From positions 1 to 52,258 of the IMG/VR virus record IMGVR_UViG_3300018412_000021: 52,258 nucleotides of DNA. One strand, given 5' to 3'. Made by a program: the position numbers and the translations under genes. Each line of letters starts with the position of its first letter. The first letter of the stretch is position 1. The notes under the pieces were generated by a model. That model was not told where the DNA came from. It searched no databases and saw only the letters and a list, made by a program, of their open reading frames with translations. The DNA is from a virus (Duplodnaviria > Caudoviricetes). Of this stretch, positions 9,598 to 18,919 are shown one piece after another.

Positions 9598-9920
9598 CAC
9601 ATGAGAGCACACCCCATAGGCGGTTTTCTGATATAGTACATGCTGTTCTAATAATGTTTTTGTTGATACTCCTGTTAGTTGTTGGGAGTTTGTCTATCGG
9701 GTATATGGTGGAGAGTGCTCAGAACAATACCAAATATGAGCTTTTAAGGAACGAGAATCAACAACTGATGAACGTATTGGAAGTGAATATTTTGGAAGGA
9801 GTGGACAGGGAGTTGTCTGCACTAGAGAGAAGGATTTTTACTGCGGAAAAAAGAATACAAGCTCTTGAATCTAAAGTTCAAGATATGGAACAACAAGAAG
9901 AAAGAACCTACCACCCGTAG
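9594..9920 (+). CDS. Membrane-anchored coiled-coil protein
   Basis: GTGA overlap with the upstream gene; long TM segment then a coiled coil. Confidence 0.6.
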   Translation: MTHESTPHRRFSDIVHAVLIMFLLILLLVVGSLSIGYMVESAQNNTKYELLRNENQQLMNVLEVNILEGVDRELSALERRIFTAEKRIQALESKVQDMEQQEERTYHP

Positions 9921-9970
9921 AGGTAAGGTTCTCGTTTACATTCGAGAGAATGTTCCTCGTTAATATAATA

Positions 9971-10016
9971 AGAAGAAAGCCCCTTCACCCGTTAAAAGGT
10001 GTTGGGGCTATTTTTA
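9971..10016. terminator. Probable bidirectional intrinsic terminator
   Basis: AGCCCC..CACC/GGTG..GGGGCT hairpin flanked by A-rich and T-rich tracts between convergent gene blocks. Confidence 0.7.
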
Positions 10017-10026
10017 TGTCTGTGAT

Positions 10027-10461
10027 TTATTCAGACACCTCCCCATTCAAAGCATTATCCAAACTAGCCTCAAGACGAGTGATCTTCTCTTTCAGAAATT
10101 CATTCTCTTTCTTGATTGAGTTATTAGTGTCATTCAACTTCTTCATTTGATCTTTGACAGAAGTATACTGTGTCATAGGCAGACATTCATAGTTCTGAAG
10201 GATAGCATCACTCTCACCAGCAGAGATAATCAAATCTGGGATAGGGTCGCTGTATCCACCATCACGGCCCGTAAAAGTGGTGTGCTTACCCACAGAGATA
10301 GTGGACTCAAGTTCCACAACCTTGTTATCACTATAACAGCTATTCACAGCCACTACGTTAGTTTCAAACATCCGAAGCATATCCTGAACATACTCGATAT
10401 TCTCTGTTGTCAGGTTGATGATAAGGTCTGTAGCACCATTAGTTTTAACTTGCATTAGCAT
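10027..10461 (-). CDS. Hypothetical protein with C-terminal coiled coil
   Basis: ORF with a GAGGAG RBS before ATG 10461. Confidence 0.6.
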   Translation of the reverse strand: MLMQVKTNGATDLIINLTTENIEYVQDMLRMFETNVVAVNSCYSDNKVVELESTISVGKHTTFTGRDGGYSDPIPDLIISAGESDAILQNYECLPMTQYTSVKDQMKKLNDTNNSIKKENEFLKEKITRLEASLDNALNGEVSE

Positions 10462-10651
10462 TTTCGTTCTCCTCTTTTTCAAAAACAACAATAAAGTGGG
10501 CTGGTAGTGAAACAGATCGACCGCTCTTCCCTACTAGGTTGATTCTACCACTCTCGTGGATTTCTGTGTAGGTAACAGAGTTATACGTCACCAACTTGGT
10601 TTGGAAATCTACATCCTCATACACAGATACTTTATAAAAACACTCCTCCAT
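10445..10651 (-). CDS. Hypothetical protein
   Basis: ORF with a GAGGAGG RBS. Confidence 0.6.
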   Translation of the reverse strand: MEECFYKVSVYEDVDFQTKLVTYNSVTYTEIHESGRINLVGKSGRSVSLPAHFIVVFEKEENENANAS

Positions 10652-10688
10652 AACCCCTCCTCTTAATTTGTGTAACCACTATAACACA

Positions 10689-11327
10689 TCAACTCCACCA
10701 AGACAACACTTTTCTTTCAAACAGTTTTGCAGCTAGTTGCAGATCATTCTTCTGAACACCAAGCCTCATCTTATAGAAAGACCTAGCCTTCTGATTAGGA
10801 AGAGTGTTAGGTTTTTGTACAAACTTCATCCCACAAACACCCTTCTCTCCCGGTTCACAGTCTACTACATCTACCATGCCCAGTATGTAATCATCCTCTC
10901 GTACACGCTTCAATAGTTCAGCAAATACTAGGAGTTCTTTAGAGGTCTCTTCATTGCGAACATGAAGACCGTGCTCTTTGTGTGAGTGGCTCATATCTCT
11001 TGCACAGGTCTCCATGAACTGAAGCATCCCACCATAGTCCCAACTACGGTAATTCCAAAGACATTTACGGAACAACCAGACGTTGCGGAAGAACTTCCAG
11101 ATTGTAGCATTCTTGAAGTCTTTGGCCTTGTCTGGTATATAGTAGACAATACCTTGCAGAAGATCAACCCCTGTGTCTGTCAACCAATGGATAACAGGAT
11201 GTGCTTCTTTATACATCTTTTCAAGCTCATCCCACTCCTCCCATGTAGCGTACCGTGGCTTCTCAAGGCCATAATGTCTGCGAATACGCTTAATCCACTT
11301 AGCTTCACTCCAATAACGTAGTCTCAT
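10689..11327 (-). CDS. Hypothetical protein
   Basis: 212-aa ORF with an AGGAGG RBS. Confidence 0.7.
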   Translation of the reverse strand: MRLRYWSEAKWIKRIRRHYGLEKPRYATWEEWDELEKMYKEAHPVIHWLTDTGVDLLQGIVYYIPDKAKDFKNATIWKFFRNVWLFRKCLWNYRSWDYGGMLQFMETCARDMSHSHKEHGLHVRNEETSKELLVFAELLKRVREDDYILGMVDVVDCEPGEKGVCGMKFVQKPNTLPNQKARSFYKMRLGVQKNDLQLAAKLFERKVLSWWS

Positions 11328-11351
11328 AACCCCTCCTAAACAAGTGTAGCC

Positions 11352-11576
11352 TTAAACAGGCTTGGCAACAAAAGCATCTAAAGCAGCAAATGCTTTTTCT
11401 TTTGTGTCGTAGGCAGCGTAGTCAAAGGCGTGTTTTTTACTGGGCCACCAATAACCATCATCAATCCCTTGATAAGCCCTGAGAACAAAACACTGCCTTT
11501 TAGTGACAAAGAACTCCCCATTCATCTCAACTACACATTTCATTCCCAACCAATACTTCACTTTATTCCAGTTCAT
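11352..11576 (-). CDS. Hypothetical protein
   Basis: ORF with a GAGGAGG RBS. Confidence 0.65.
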   Translation of the reverse strand: MNWNKVKYWLGMKCVVEMNGEFFVTKRQCFVLRAYQGIDDGYWWPSKKHAFDYAAYDTKEKAFAALDAFVAKPV

Positions 11577-11621
11577 AACCCCTCCTCAGTTAAGATAGAA
11601 CTTTTCCCTTACTATCCCACA

Positions 11622-11661
11622 TAAAGAAAATCCCCACTAGCCTTTGACAGCCAATGGGGAT
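11622..11661 (-). terminator. Intrinsic terminator after nrdA
   Basis: The minus strand reads ATCCCCATTGGC-loop-GCTAGTGGGGAT followed by TTTCTTT. Confidence 0.75.
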
Positions 11662-11690
11662 AGTCTAGGTCATCTAAATTGTGTTGTCAA
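11662..11690 (-). promoter_or_regulatory. sigma70-like promoter
   Basis: TTGACA-N17-TAGACT on the minus strand. Confidence 0.6.
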
Positions 11691-11694
11691 GCAA

Positions 11695-12585
11695 TTATTC
11701 ACAAGCAACACAATTATCTTTACTTGCTTGGATTCCAGCCTTTGAGTAGATGTAGTACAGACCGAGAATCTTCTCACTACGAATAGCATACTCATGCACC
11801 TTGGCAATGTACCCTTCGTCTTCTCCAGCAGAAAAGAAAAGGTTGAGCGATTGCCATTGGTCTAGGTAGTCACCTCTGGCCTCAGCTTGCCGTAGAACAG
11901 CAAACTGGTCAATCTCAAATGCTGTCTTGAACCAAGTCTTCTCTTCGTCTGTAAGCCAAGAAACCCCTTGAACACTCCCCATAGCGTCACGAACTTCTTC
12001 GATGTTCTTCTTACTGTACACACCCTTCTCTTTCATCAGAGAGAGCAAGTGTGGGTTTACACGATCAACTTCACCCCCTGCACTACGTTGTGTATACACC
12101 ATAGCAACATCTGGGCTGATACCTTCAGACACACCACCCATAATGAGGGAGCTTGATTTCGTGGGAGCTACGGCCATTGTGTGGCTGTTAGCCCTACCAT
12201 ACCCTTTACACCACTCAGGTTCACCCCACTGTTCAGCACTCCACTTAGTAGCCTTCTCAGCCTCTTCTCGGATGTGTTTGAAGATAGTCCGGTTTAGTGT
12301 GTAAGCCTCCAACCCCTCGAACGGAATACGTTTACGTTGGTACAAAGAGGCAAGACCACACACACCAAGTCCCAAAGCCCTACTCTTCCTCGTAAATGCT
12401 ACAGCTTTCTCAAGACCGTGAATGTTCTTAGCTCGTTCAATAAATTCTTGAGCCACACAATCCAAGAACACCGTAGCTACAAACACAGCATCCGTATCCT
12501 TCCACTCATCCCAAAGGTCTACATTCATACTGCTCAATACACAAGTGTATGTGTAATCTTTACTAGAGTGTAGTGTAATTTCGTT
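11695..12585 (-). CDS. nrdA: Ribonucleotide reductase alpha subunit, exon 2
   Basis: It begins NEITLHSSKDYTYTCVLSSMN and contains RALGLG, AVAPTKSSS, DQWQSLN, LYY and the C-terminal CVACE. Confidence 0.92.
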   Translation of the reverse strand, partial: NEITLHSSKDYTYTCVLSSMNVDLWDEWKDTDAVFVATVFLDCVAQEFIERAKNIHGLEKAVAFTRKSRALGLGVCGLASLYQRKRIPFEGLEAYTLNRTIFKHIREEAEKATKWSAEQWGEPEWCKGYGRANSHTMAVAPTKSSSLIMGGVSEGISPDVAMVYTQRSAGGEVDRVNPHLLSLMKEKGVYSKKNIEEVRDAMGSVQGVSWLTDEEKTWFKTAFEIDQFAVLRQAEARGDYLDQWQSLNLFFSAGEDEGYIAKVHEYAIRSEKILGLYYIYSKAGIQASKDNCVACE

Positions 12586-12817
12586 CAGTTGTGTTCAATA
12601 CAGCTCGCTACACTATACCAGTTCTCTTATGAACTTCTGCATGTCCCCATGCAGCTCAGACTATATCATCACCAGTTGGTGCTCACCGCTTCCACTCGCT
12701 TGAGTGTACTCCCTTTCGGGATAGTCGTTACACGTTCCTAATAAACCAGGCTTCGCACGGGATTAACTGTTCTAGTCTTCCCCCGTTTTCAATGAGTTTT
12801 AATTGTGCTGGCACTTA
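12586..12817 (-). ncRNA. Group I self-splicing intron (232 nt, no ORF) in nrdA
   Basis: P1 is AATTGTGT/GCACAATT with a U.G pair at the 5' splice site. P/Q/R/S-like elements are AAAACGGGGGAAG, AATCCCGTGCGAAG, GTAACGACTA and GATATAGTCT, and the intron ends in G. Removal restores the frame AQLC|NEI. Confidence 0.92.
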
Positions 12818-13615
12818 ACACAATTGGGCTGCTTTCACATCAAGGTTATGGTCTACATACCATTGAGGACGTTTACGGTTTGCCTTATCTGGAAAGAAGA
12901 GATAACCCTTCCCTGTAATCATCTTCACTTTGTTCATCTTCTGGAATCGCTTCAGGGCATCTTCATCTCCAGAATCCATCTTCTCTGTATCAGAGTCGTG
13001 CCAGTTCCAACCGATGTTATTACCGTCAGGGTGTTGCTCAAGATGATTAGCCACTTCGTAGAAGTCTCCGTGAGAGATTGGTAAGTATCCTGCCCAACTA
13101 CCTCTTCGACTTGTCCCCTGTACAACATACTCCATGTCCTTCTGCACCCCTTGGATGATAGGAAGGACACCGCTACTCTTACCACCATCACTAATTGGTG
13201 TACCACGAGGGCGAATATCACCGAGATATCCTGCTGTACCAAAACCATACTTGGTCAAGATAGCCGTTTCATGCTTGCTTGTATAAATCCCATCAATCGA
13301 ATCAGGGAAGTACGATCCAGCGCAACTGACGGGCAAACCACGAGACGTTCCAGCATTCGCTAAGATGGGGGTTGATAAGCTCAACCATCCTTTCCACATA
13401 ATGTCAAAGAAACGGTCTTTCCATACAGCAGGGTCTGGTGTGTGTGCAGCCATAGTAGCAGCAATGCGTTGATACTGTTCTTTCGGGTTACTCGCTTGGT
13501 AAAGGTACTTCTCCTTAAACAACTGCCAACTGCCTGTACTCCAATGGAGGGGCATCAACCCCTCAGCTTGTAGTTTCTTTCGCTCTTCACTAAGTTTGTC
13601 GTAAACACTGCTCAT
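12818..13615 (-). CDS. nrdA: Ribonucleotide reductase alpha subunit, exon 1
   Basis: STPILANAG..RGLPVSC and QGTSRRGS motifs; ends AQLC. ATG at 13615 overlaps the nrdB stop. Confidence 0.92.
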
Positions 13616-14607
13616 TCTTCTAAATTCCCCCAAGTAAACCCATTAGCATCCCAATTACGAACATACTGATTACCTTGACTATTAAAGAAGTCTTGTGCAG
13701 CATATCCGTTAATACCTTTATAAAACCAAACAGCTACAGGGTTGTAGTCAACTTTATACAGGTCTTCATAACCCATATTGCGAAGACACAAGTTAATACG
13801 ACTTTGTGCAAAATGCTCAAGTTGGGTGTCAGTAATCCCTTCAATACGCCCCTTCTCAAAGATTTTACGAATAATTACTTGCTCGTGTTCAAATACCTTG
13901 TGGGCTGCTTTGTAAACATCTTCTTTCAGCTTTTCTTTGTAGTCCTCATCAACCTCACCCACTTGTTCTTTCTCTGCAAGAAGTGTACGGAACAACCAAG
14001 CCGCTGCCTCAGAGTGAAGAGCCTCGTCTCGGCTTGAGAAGTTGATACCACTCACTACGTTCAACAGCTTATTCTTCCCTTGTTGCTGGAAGTGCTTCAA
14101 GAAAGCAAACGATGAATAGAGGACAGCCCCCTCACCAAACACAAAACCACCTAAAGCTCTCAAATCATCGTCTTGATCTAGCACAGACTCTAGGTAGTCA
14201 ATACGCTGTTTCAACTCAGGGTCGTTGATATAACTATCGTAGAACTCATCTGTTGCAATACCAAGCTCTTCGTTCAAAGTCTTGTAGAAGAATAGGTGAC
14301 TAGCAAACTCAACTGCACCAAACAAAGCAGCCATTGGTTGAATATCGGCAGGTCGGGGGAACTTCTTCATTACAAAGTTCAACCAAAACTCATCGCCAAT
14401 AATCTGTTCGTATTTGGAAAACAGCTTTAATGTGGTGATAACACCATGACTCTCTGCTTCAGTCATATTCACCAACATATCTTGCTTATCCTTAGCCACC
14501 TTAACTTCAAAGTGGGGCCAGAACACCTCAAGCTGCTTATTCATGTAATCAACAGCTTCGGGGTAGTCCACTGTAAATGTTGTTTTGGGTGTTTGGATGC
14601 GTACCAT
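13612..14607 (-). CDS. nrdB: Ribonucleotide reductase beta subunit
   Basis: Diiron motifs EFASH..FY, EGAVLYSSF and RDEALH; C-terminal DFF. Confidence 0.92.
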   Translation of the reverse strand: MVRIQTPKTTFTVDYPEAVDYMNKQLEVFWPHFEVKVAKDKQDMLVNMTEAESHGVITTLKLFSKYEQIIGDEFWLNFVMKKFPRPADIQPMAALFGAVEFASHLFFYKTLNEELGIATDEFYDSYINDPELKQRIDYLESVLDQDDDLRALGGFVFGEGAVLYSSFAFLKHFQQQGKNKLLNVVSGINFSSRDEALHSEAAAWLFRTLLAEKEQVGEVDEDYKEKLKEDVYKAAHKVFEHEQVIIRKIFEKGRIEGITDTQLEHFAQSRINLCLRNMGYEDLYKVDYNPVAVWFYKGINGYAAQDFFNSQGNQYVRNWDANGFTWGNLEE

Positions 14608-15002
14608 CAGTATTCCTTATTCTTTTCTTGTTTTAATACAGCTTTAGCAGTTTCTTCATTCTGCCATGTTTTATCAGCACACCCTGTACGACCAATCTGT
14701 GCAAGTTCTGCTCGTAGTTCAGGGTCTTTAATACAACTGCGTTTGTTCTCCCAAGAACATAGCTCACTCTTCAGCCAGTCAGAATCTACACGTTCCACAC
14801 CTTGCACTAATGGGCCTGTAAAGACAAAAGGTTTGTCTTCATAAGGACGATGAGATACAGTTTCTACATCATAGGGAAGAGAAGTATCAATCCCAGCATC
14901 ATAGATAATCTTTTCAAATGTTTCTTTGTCATTCTCTTCCACAGCTTTCTTGAAGGGTGGATATTTCATTAGGATATAAAAAGAGATGTTTTTATTTATC
15001 AT
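14607..15002 (-). CDS. Hypothetical protein
   Basis: Coupled between thyX and nrdB by overlapping start and stop codons. Confidence 0.65.
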   Translation of the reverse strand: MINKNISFYILMKYPPFKKAVEENDKETFEKIIYDAGIDTSLPYDVETVSHRPYEDKPFVFTGPLVQGVERVDSDWLKSELCSWENKRSCIKDPELRAELAQIGRTGCADKTWQNEETAKAVLKQEKNKEY

Positions 15003-16642
15003 TGTTGTTCCTCATTCATAAGTTCTTCTAAGAATAAGAAGTGTTCCATCAAAGCTGGTTTAACTTGCCGTGCAAGATACACATGCTCTTTCTGAGTAAC
15101 ACCTTCATCGTCACGCACCATCAACCAAGTAATCCAACTACGAAGTGTACCGTTTGCATACATATAGCTCATTGTGTTACCTTCAGGAAGGATGACACGA
15201 GCACACTCTTTAGCAATGCCCACGTCTTTGCTAACAGCCCAACTATAGTGTTCGGTAACTAGGTCAATCACTTCTTGTTGACGACGATCCCATTCTGCTT
15301 GTAGTTCTTCGTCATCAACGTCAATACTATTCTGACGGTTCTTGTAGTCTTGGAGTCGAGCTTCACGGAGCATAAACTCCTGAGCCACGGCATACCGTTG
15401 ACTGTTGTGGGTGACAATCCCATTAGCCACGTAATTGTGACTGTTGTGGTCAACCTCCAAATCATAGGTTTGCATCGGCCCACAACTAACAATCGACACG
15501 ACTCTAGAATAATTTGGCGACTCAATAAACTCAGACGCAGTTTTACTCTGATGACACTCTTTACACAAAACTTGGAGGTTGTCTAGGTCAAAAGCAGCAT
15601 CTGGGTGAGATTTTACAGGCAATATGTGGTCAATCTCCAAACTGTCATCAGCGCAGCATTCGACACATTGATTGCCAAATCGCTTAAGGATCAGGTTTCG
15701 GTATTTGTGTTGCCAATCCCATACAGTCTGCCGGAAGCACCGACCTTTACCCCCTGCCCACAAGTCAGAATCTTCCCCCTTTCTGGAAGATTCTCTCATT
15801 TTTTCTCTAGTACCCTCCGCATGATGTTTGTTGAACATCGGTTGTTGGTCGCTAGGAAGCCCTTTGTTCCATATCTGCGTGTACTGCGCCACTTCCTTTT
15901 TGGAAAATTGCAATCCGTGGATTCTCAACCATTTCCTAATAGTATGCGTGGTTACTCCAGCGAGTGTTGCAATCCCCTTTAACCCACGTCCGTCTTCAAT
16001 GCACTGATTTTTTGCGGCAGCAAGCCATTCCTTGTGTTGATAACACGGAACACCGTTGATTCCAACCTCATCCCCAACAGAAATCTCTGCTAGTCGCTTA
16101 AACCCGTCCCTTGTTAAAAACTTATGCTCACTCGTGGCTTTTATCTTCCGACCGGACGCCAGTTTGATTTCATACACAGGTTTACCCCCTGTGTCAAAAA
16201 CCTCAACTATCGGTGCGTACTTAAATTGCCTAGTGTCTTCATCATACACTTTGACATTCGGCAGTGCTTCCCCCGCCACGTATGCTGAATACAAATCCTC
16301 TATAGTCACAAGACCGCTGTCGGTTTTTACAACTGAGTCCCCTGCAATACAGAACTCTTGGAACTTCATGCTAGAATGTCGTAACACTTGACGTGCAATG
16401 TCGCGTGGAACTTCAATCTCAACCACTACGTTCACCATATCGAACACAGACCAGTGAGAGTGTTTCATGCAATACTTCAGAAGACCGGCTGCTGTATCAA
16501 AATTAGTTTGGTTCTGTGGTGAAGACACTCGTGCTGCGTAAGAAACGATACCTTCGCTATCAGGGATGAAGTCTACACTAGGGGTTGTAACACCAATCAC
16601 ACGAGCTTTGATCTGATTAAAATACTTCTCATTAAACTCCAC
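14999..16642 (-). CDS. thyX: Flavin-dependent thymidylate synthase precursor containing an intein
   Basis: ThyX motifs YAARVS, HWSVF, RQVLRH..MKFQEF|SQRY, KECARVILP, GTLRSW and TQKEH. Confidence 0.92.
   Translation of the reverse strand: MEFNEKYFNQIKARVIGVTTPSVDFIPDSEGIVSYAARVSSPQNQTNFDTAAGLLKYCMKHSHWSVFDMVNVVVEIEVPRDIARQVLRHSSMKFQEFCIAGDSVVKTDSGLVTIEDLYSAYVAGEALPNVKVYDEDTRQFKYAPIVEVFDTGGKPVYEIKLASGRKIKATSEHKFLTRDGFKRLAEISVGDEVGINGVPCYQHKEWLAAAKNQCIEDGRGLKGIATLAGVTTHTIRKWLRIHGLQFSKKEVAQYTQIWNKGLPSDQQPMFNKHHAEGTREKMRESSRKGEDSDLWAGGKGRCFRQTVWDWQHKYRNLILKRFGNQCVECCADDSLEIDHILPVKSHPDAAFDLDNLQVLCKECHQSKTASEFIESPNYSRVVSIVSCGPMQTYDLEVDHNSHNYVANGIVTHNSQRYAVAQEFMLREARLQDYKNRQNSIDVDDEELQAEWDRRQQEVIDLVTEHYSWAVSKDVGIAKECARVILPEGNTMSYMYANGTLRSWITWLMVRDDEGVTQKEHVYLARQVKPALMEHFLFLEELMNEEQQ
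15404..16351 (-). mobile_element. Intein (316 aa) with HNH homing endonuclease
   Basis: It starts CIAGDSVV, has block B ATSEHKFLT and ends YDLEV..HNYVANGIVTHN before Ser+1. The interior has CxxC..IDH...NLQVLCKECH (HNH) and a NUMOD3-like HHAEGTREKMRES. Confidence 0.92.
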
Positions 16643-16892
16643 TCAGCATCTCCTTAATATCACTGATAACCCTGGGTGATTGACTACCGACATATTTATG
16701 TTCTACATGTCCATCTTCCATAACCAATGTTGTGGGGAGAGAGCGTACTGAGTGTTTTGTAGCTAGAACAGTCCCTTCATCTGTATCAATGTCCACTTCT
16801 GTGTAGACAACACCTGCTGTATCTAACATCTTTTTCCAAACTTTACAAGAGCTACACCACACACCGCCAAATACAATAATCTCTTTACTCAT
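16632..16892 (-). CDS. Glutaredoxin/thioredoxin-like protein
   Basis: WCSSC CxxC motif and SVRSLPT cis-Pro motif; lies next to the RNR and thyX genes. Confidence 0.8.
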   Translation of the reverse strand: MSKEIIVFGGVWCSSCKVWKKMLDTAGVVYTEVDIDTDEGTVLATKHSVRSLPTTLVMEDGHVEHKYVGSQSPRVISDIKEMLSGV

Positions 16893-17088
16893 CAATAATT
16901 CCTTCTTCAATTAAAATCTTCTTAGCTTCAGTCCAAGTGAGGGGCAGGGGAGGATGGTTGAAGATTGTCCAAGCCAACCCACTCCCCACAGCCAGATCGT
17001 AGGCGTCTTTAGTCAGTAAGTGTTTACGCCAATCAGTGTAATGATCTTTAGCTGGTACAGCACCTATTGTAACATGGTCATCACTCAT
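16885..17088 (-). CDS. Hypothetical protein
   Basis: ORF overlapping both neighbours in the operon. Confidence 0.6.
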   Translation of the reverse strand: MSDDHVTIGAVPAKDHYTDWRKHLLTKDAYDLAVGSGLAWTIFNHPPLPLTWTEAKKILIEEGIIDE

Positions 17089-17276
17089 TCACCATACCTC
17101 TCTGTAAGTTTGTAGAGGATGTTAGCAAGACTGTCCATCAACTCTCGCACTTCACCCTCTTGTTCCAATAAGTCCTCATTCACTTGCAAACCACTTCCTC
17201 GTACACCTCTAAGGTTGGTGTAGTCATACTGCTTTCCTTCGATGTTGATCATCCCATTCTTCACTGTAATATGCAA
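17085..17276 (-). CDS. Hypothetical protein
   Basis: TTG start after a GAGGAG RBS. Confidence 0.55.
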   Translation of the reverse strand: MHITVKNGMINIEGKQYDYTNLRGVRGSGLQVNEDLLEQEGEVRELMDSLANILYKLTERYGE

Positions 17277-17310
17277 GCTATTCTCCTCTCAAAACCAATT
17301 GTTTGCCGTG

Positions 17311-17790
17311 CTACAGCGGGTGATTAGGCAGAAACTCCTCTAAGCTAGGGGATACATGGTGTTTGAGTTTACGCACCTTATTCTCTGCTGTATCCTTAAC
17401 ACAATACCACAACTCTCCCTCAAACACCACTTCTTCTACGTAACAATCAACGCCTTGTTCCTCAAGAGCCTCTTTACTCTCCGCTGCATAGGTATAGGAT
17501 TGTGTGAACTTGGTGTTGTTATTATCGCAGACAGATTGCCATACACCTTTAGTATTCACTCCGTAGGCTTGTAGTAAGTCTTCAACATACTCGTTGGTGT
17601 ACATTACGTCAGCCCAGCCATCGACCACCCCATTCAAGTCCTCTTCCTGAGCAGCTTCATACATCTCTTTAGCTTCTTCATAGACACGGCTAATTTGATG
17701 CTTCAGTTGCGTCCAATATTCAGCTTCAGTTCCCATAGAGGGGTTGTTACCTGTTAAGTGGTTGAACTTGGTCACGTCACGCTTACTCAC
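17311..17790 (-). CDS. MazG-like NTP pyrophosphohydrolase
   Basis: EEAKE...DGWADVMY and V..NN.TK motifs of the all-alpha NTP-PPase superfamily. Confidence 0.7.
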   Translation of the reverse strand: MSKRDVTKFNHLTGNNPSMGTEAEYWTQLKHQISRVYEEAKEMYEAAQEEDLNGVVDGWADVMYTNEYVEDLLQAYGVNTKGVWQSVCDNNNTKFTQSYTYAAESKEALEEQGVDCYVEEVVFEGELWYCVKDTAENKVRKLKHHVSPSLEEFLPNHPL

Positions 17791-18047
17791 ACATTCTCCT
17801 TACTTTCGTTATACATTTGTTTTGCCCGATCAAGACAACATTGAAGTTCCTCTAACAGTTCTTCTTCAGTATGGCCTTTCTCAGTTCCTCGTAGAGTCTT
17901 CTTCATAATGTGTTCTCGCCAACCACCAATACCATACACATCACTGATACGGTATGGGTCTAGGTTGACTGTAACGTACCCGTTCGCAGCATCTTCTAGT
18001 GTCAGGTTAAGCCGGAAAGAATGTCGATAGTGTTTACCTTTATCCAT
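17787..18047 (-). CDS. Hypothetical protein
   Basis: Operonic ORF with an LDPYRI...KKTLRG motif. Confidence 0.6.
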   Translation of the reverse strand: MDKGKHYRHSFRLNLTLEDAANGYVTVNLDPYRISDVYGIGGWREHIMKKTLRGTEKGHTEEELLEELQCCLDRAKQMYNESKENV

Positions 18048-18810
18048 ATTTCCTCTTCAAATAGTTCAGCGATACCGGCATAGGAAGACCAAACCCATCC
18101 TCAACTTCGTGCAACATAACAACACCCCTGAAGTGGTTATTGCCTGTATAACCCTTATAGTCTTCAAGGTGCTCATAACACGCCCCGTTCACTACACCAA
18201 TTTGATGCTTACCATCAATAGTAGGACGAATTGCAATGTCCAACACTTGCTTATGGCCAACAACAAAGCTACGGCCTACAGTCTTCAACACGTTCATGGC
18301 TGTACCACCATAAGGTTTACCGCTCATAGGGTTGGCTAGGTAGTGAACAAAGAATATGCCATCAATCTCTACAGGTTGCAAGAATGGGTACACTTCCCAA
18401 CCATACTTCTCCAAGTCAAGAGTGTCCATGCCAACAAAACCTTCAAGTTCCGGCATGTCACTAGCTACACGATCAAACCGATGCTCGTGGTTTCCTGTAC
18501 AGAACACCATACGGGGACTGTAAACTCGCTTCTTGAATCTACGTTGTTGTCGTTGCAGTTCCCAAAGTGGTTTAATCAGATTCTCAAGTCCTTTGTTACC
18601 AGCCTCAATATCAGCTTTTAGACGACGACCTTCAAATGAGAGTTTACCACGATCATAAACACTGAGAGATTCAAAATCATAATTATCTCCAATATGCACT
18701 ACAACATCAGGGCGCTTATCTACAATATACTTACCAATCCATGTCATATAGTCGAGACTAATGTGAGGTTTACATTGCGTATCACCCACAACTAAGATTT
18801 TCTTACTCAA
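18040..18810 (-). CDS. Calcineurin-like metallophosphoesterase
   Basis: GDTQ, HIGD, GNHE and GHKQ motifs; TTG at 18810 after GGGAGG. Confidence 0.8.
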   Translation of the reverse strand: MSKKILVVGDTQCKPHISLDYMTWIGKYIVDKRPDVVVHIGDNYDFESLSVYDRGKLSFEGRRLKADIEAGNKGLENLIKPLWELQRQQRRFKKRVYSPRMVFCTGNHEHRFDRVASDMPELEGFVGMDTLDLEKYGWEVYPFLQPVEIDGIFFVHYLANPMSGKPYGGTAMNVLKTVGRSFVVGHKQVLDIAIRPTIDGKHQIGVVNGACYEHLEDYKGYTGNNHFRGVVMLHEVEDGFGLPMPVSLNYLKRKYG

Positions 18811-18811
18811 A

Positions 18812-18919
18812 TTAAACCCTCCCAATAATTTCCATAAGACACACTGCCCCATACAACAACACTTCAAAGTATGTAGCAATCCACCAATTCACAAAGAATG
18901 GTTCTTGAATATTACTCAT
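18812..18919 (-). CDS. Small hydrophobic peptide (35 aa)
   Basis: MSNIQEPFFVNWWIATYFEVLLYGAVCLMEIIGRV with an AAGGAG RBS; below the ORF-track cutoff. Confidence 0.45.
   Translation of the reverse strand: MSNIQEPFFVNWWIATYFEVLLYGAVCLMEIIGRV

Noticed and set aside
11695-13633. nrdA as two separate genes or a pseudogene
   Set aside because: The gap is fully explained by a group I intron whose removal restores the frame and active site.
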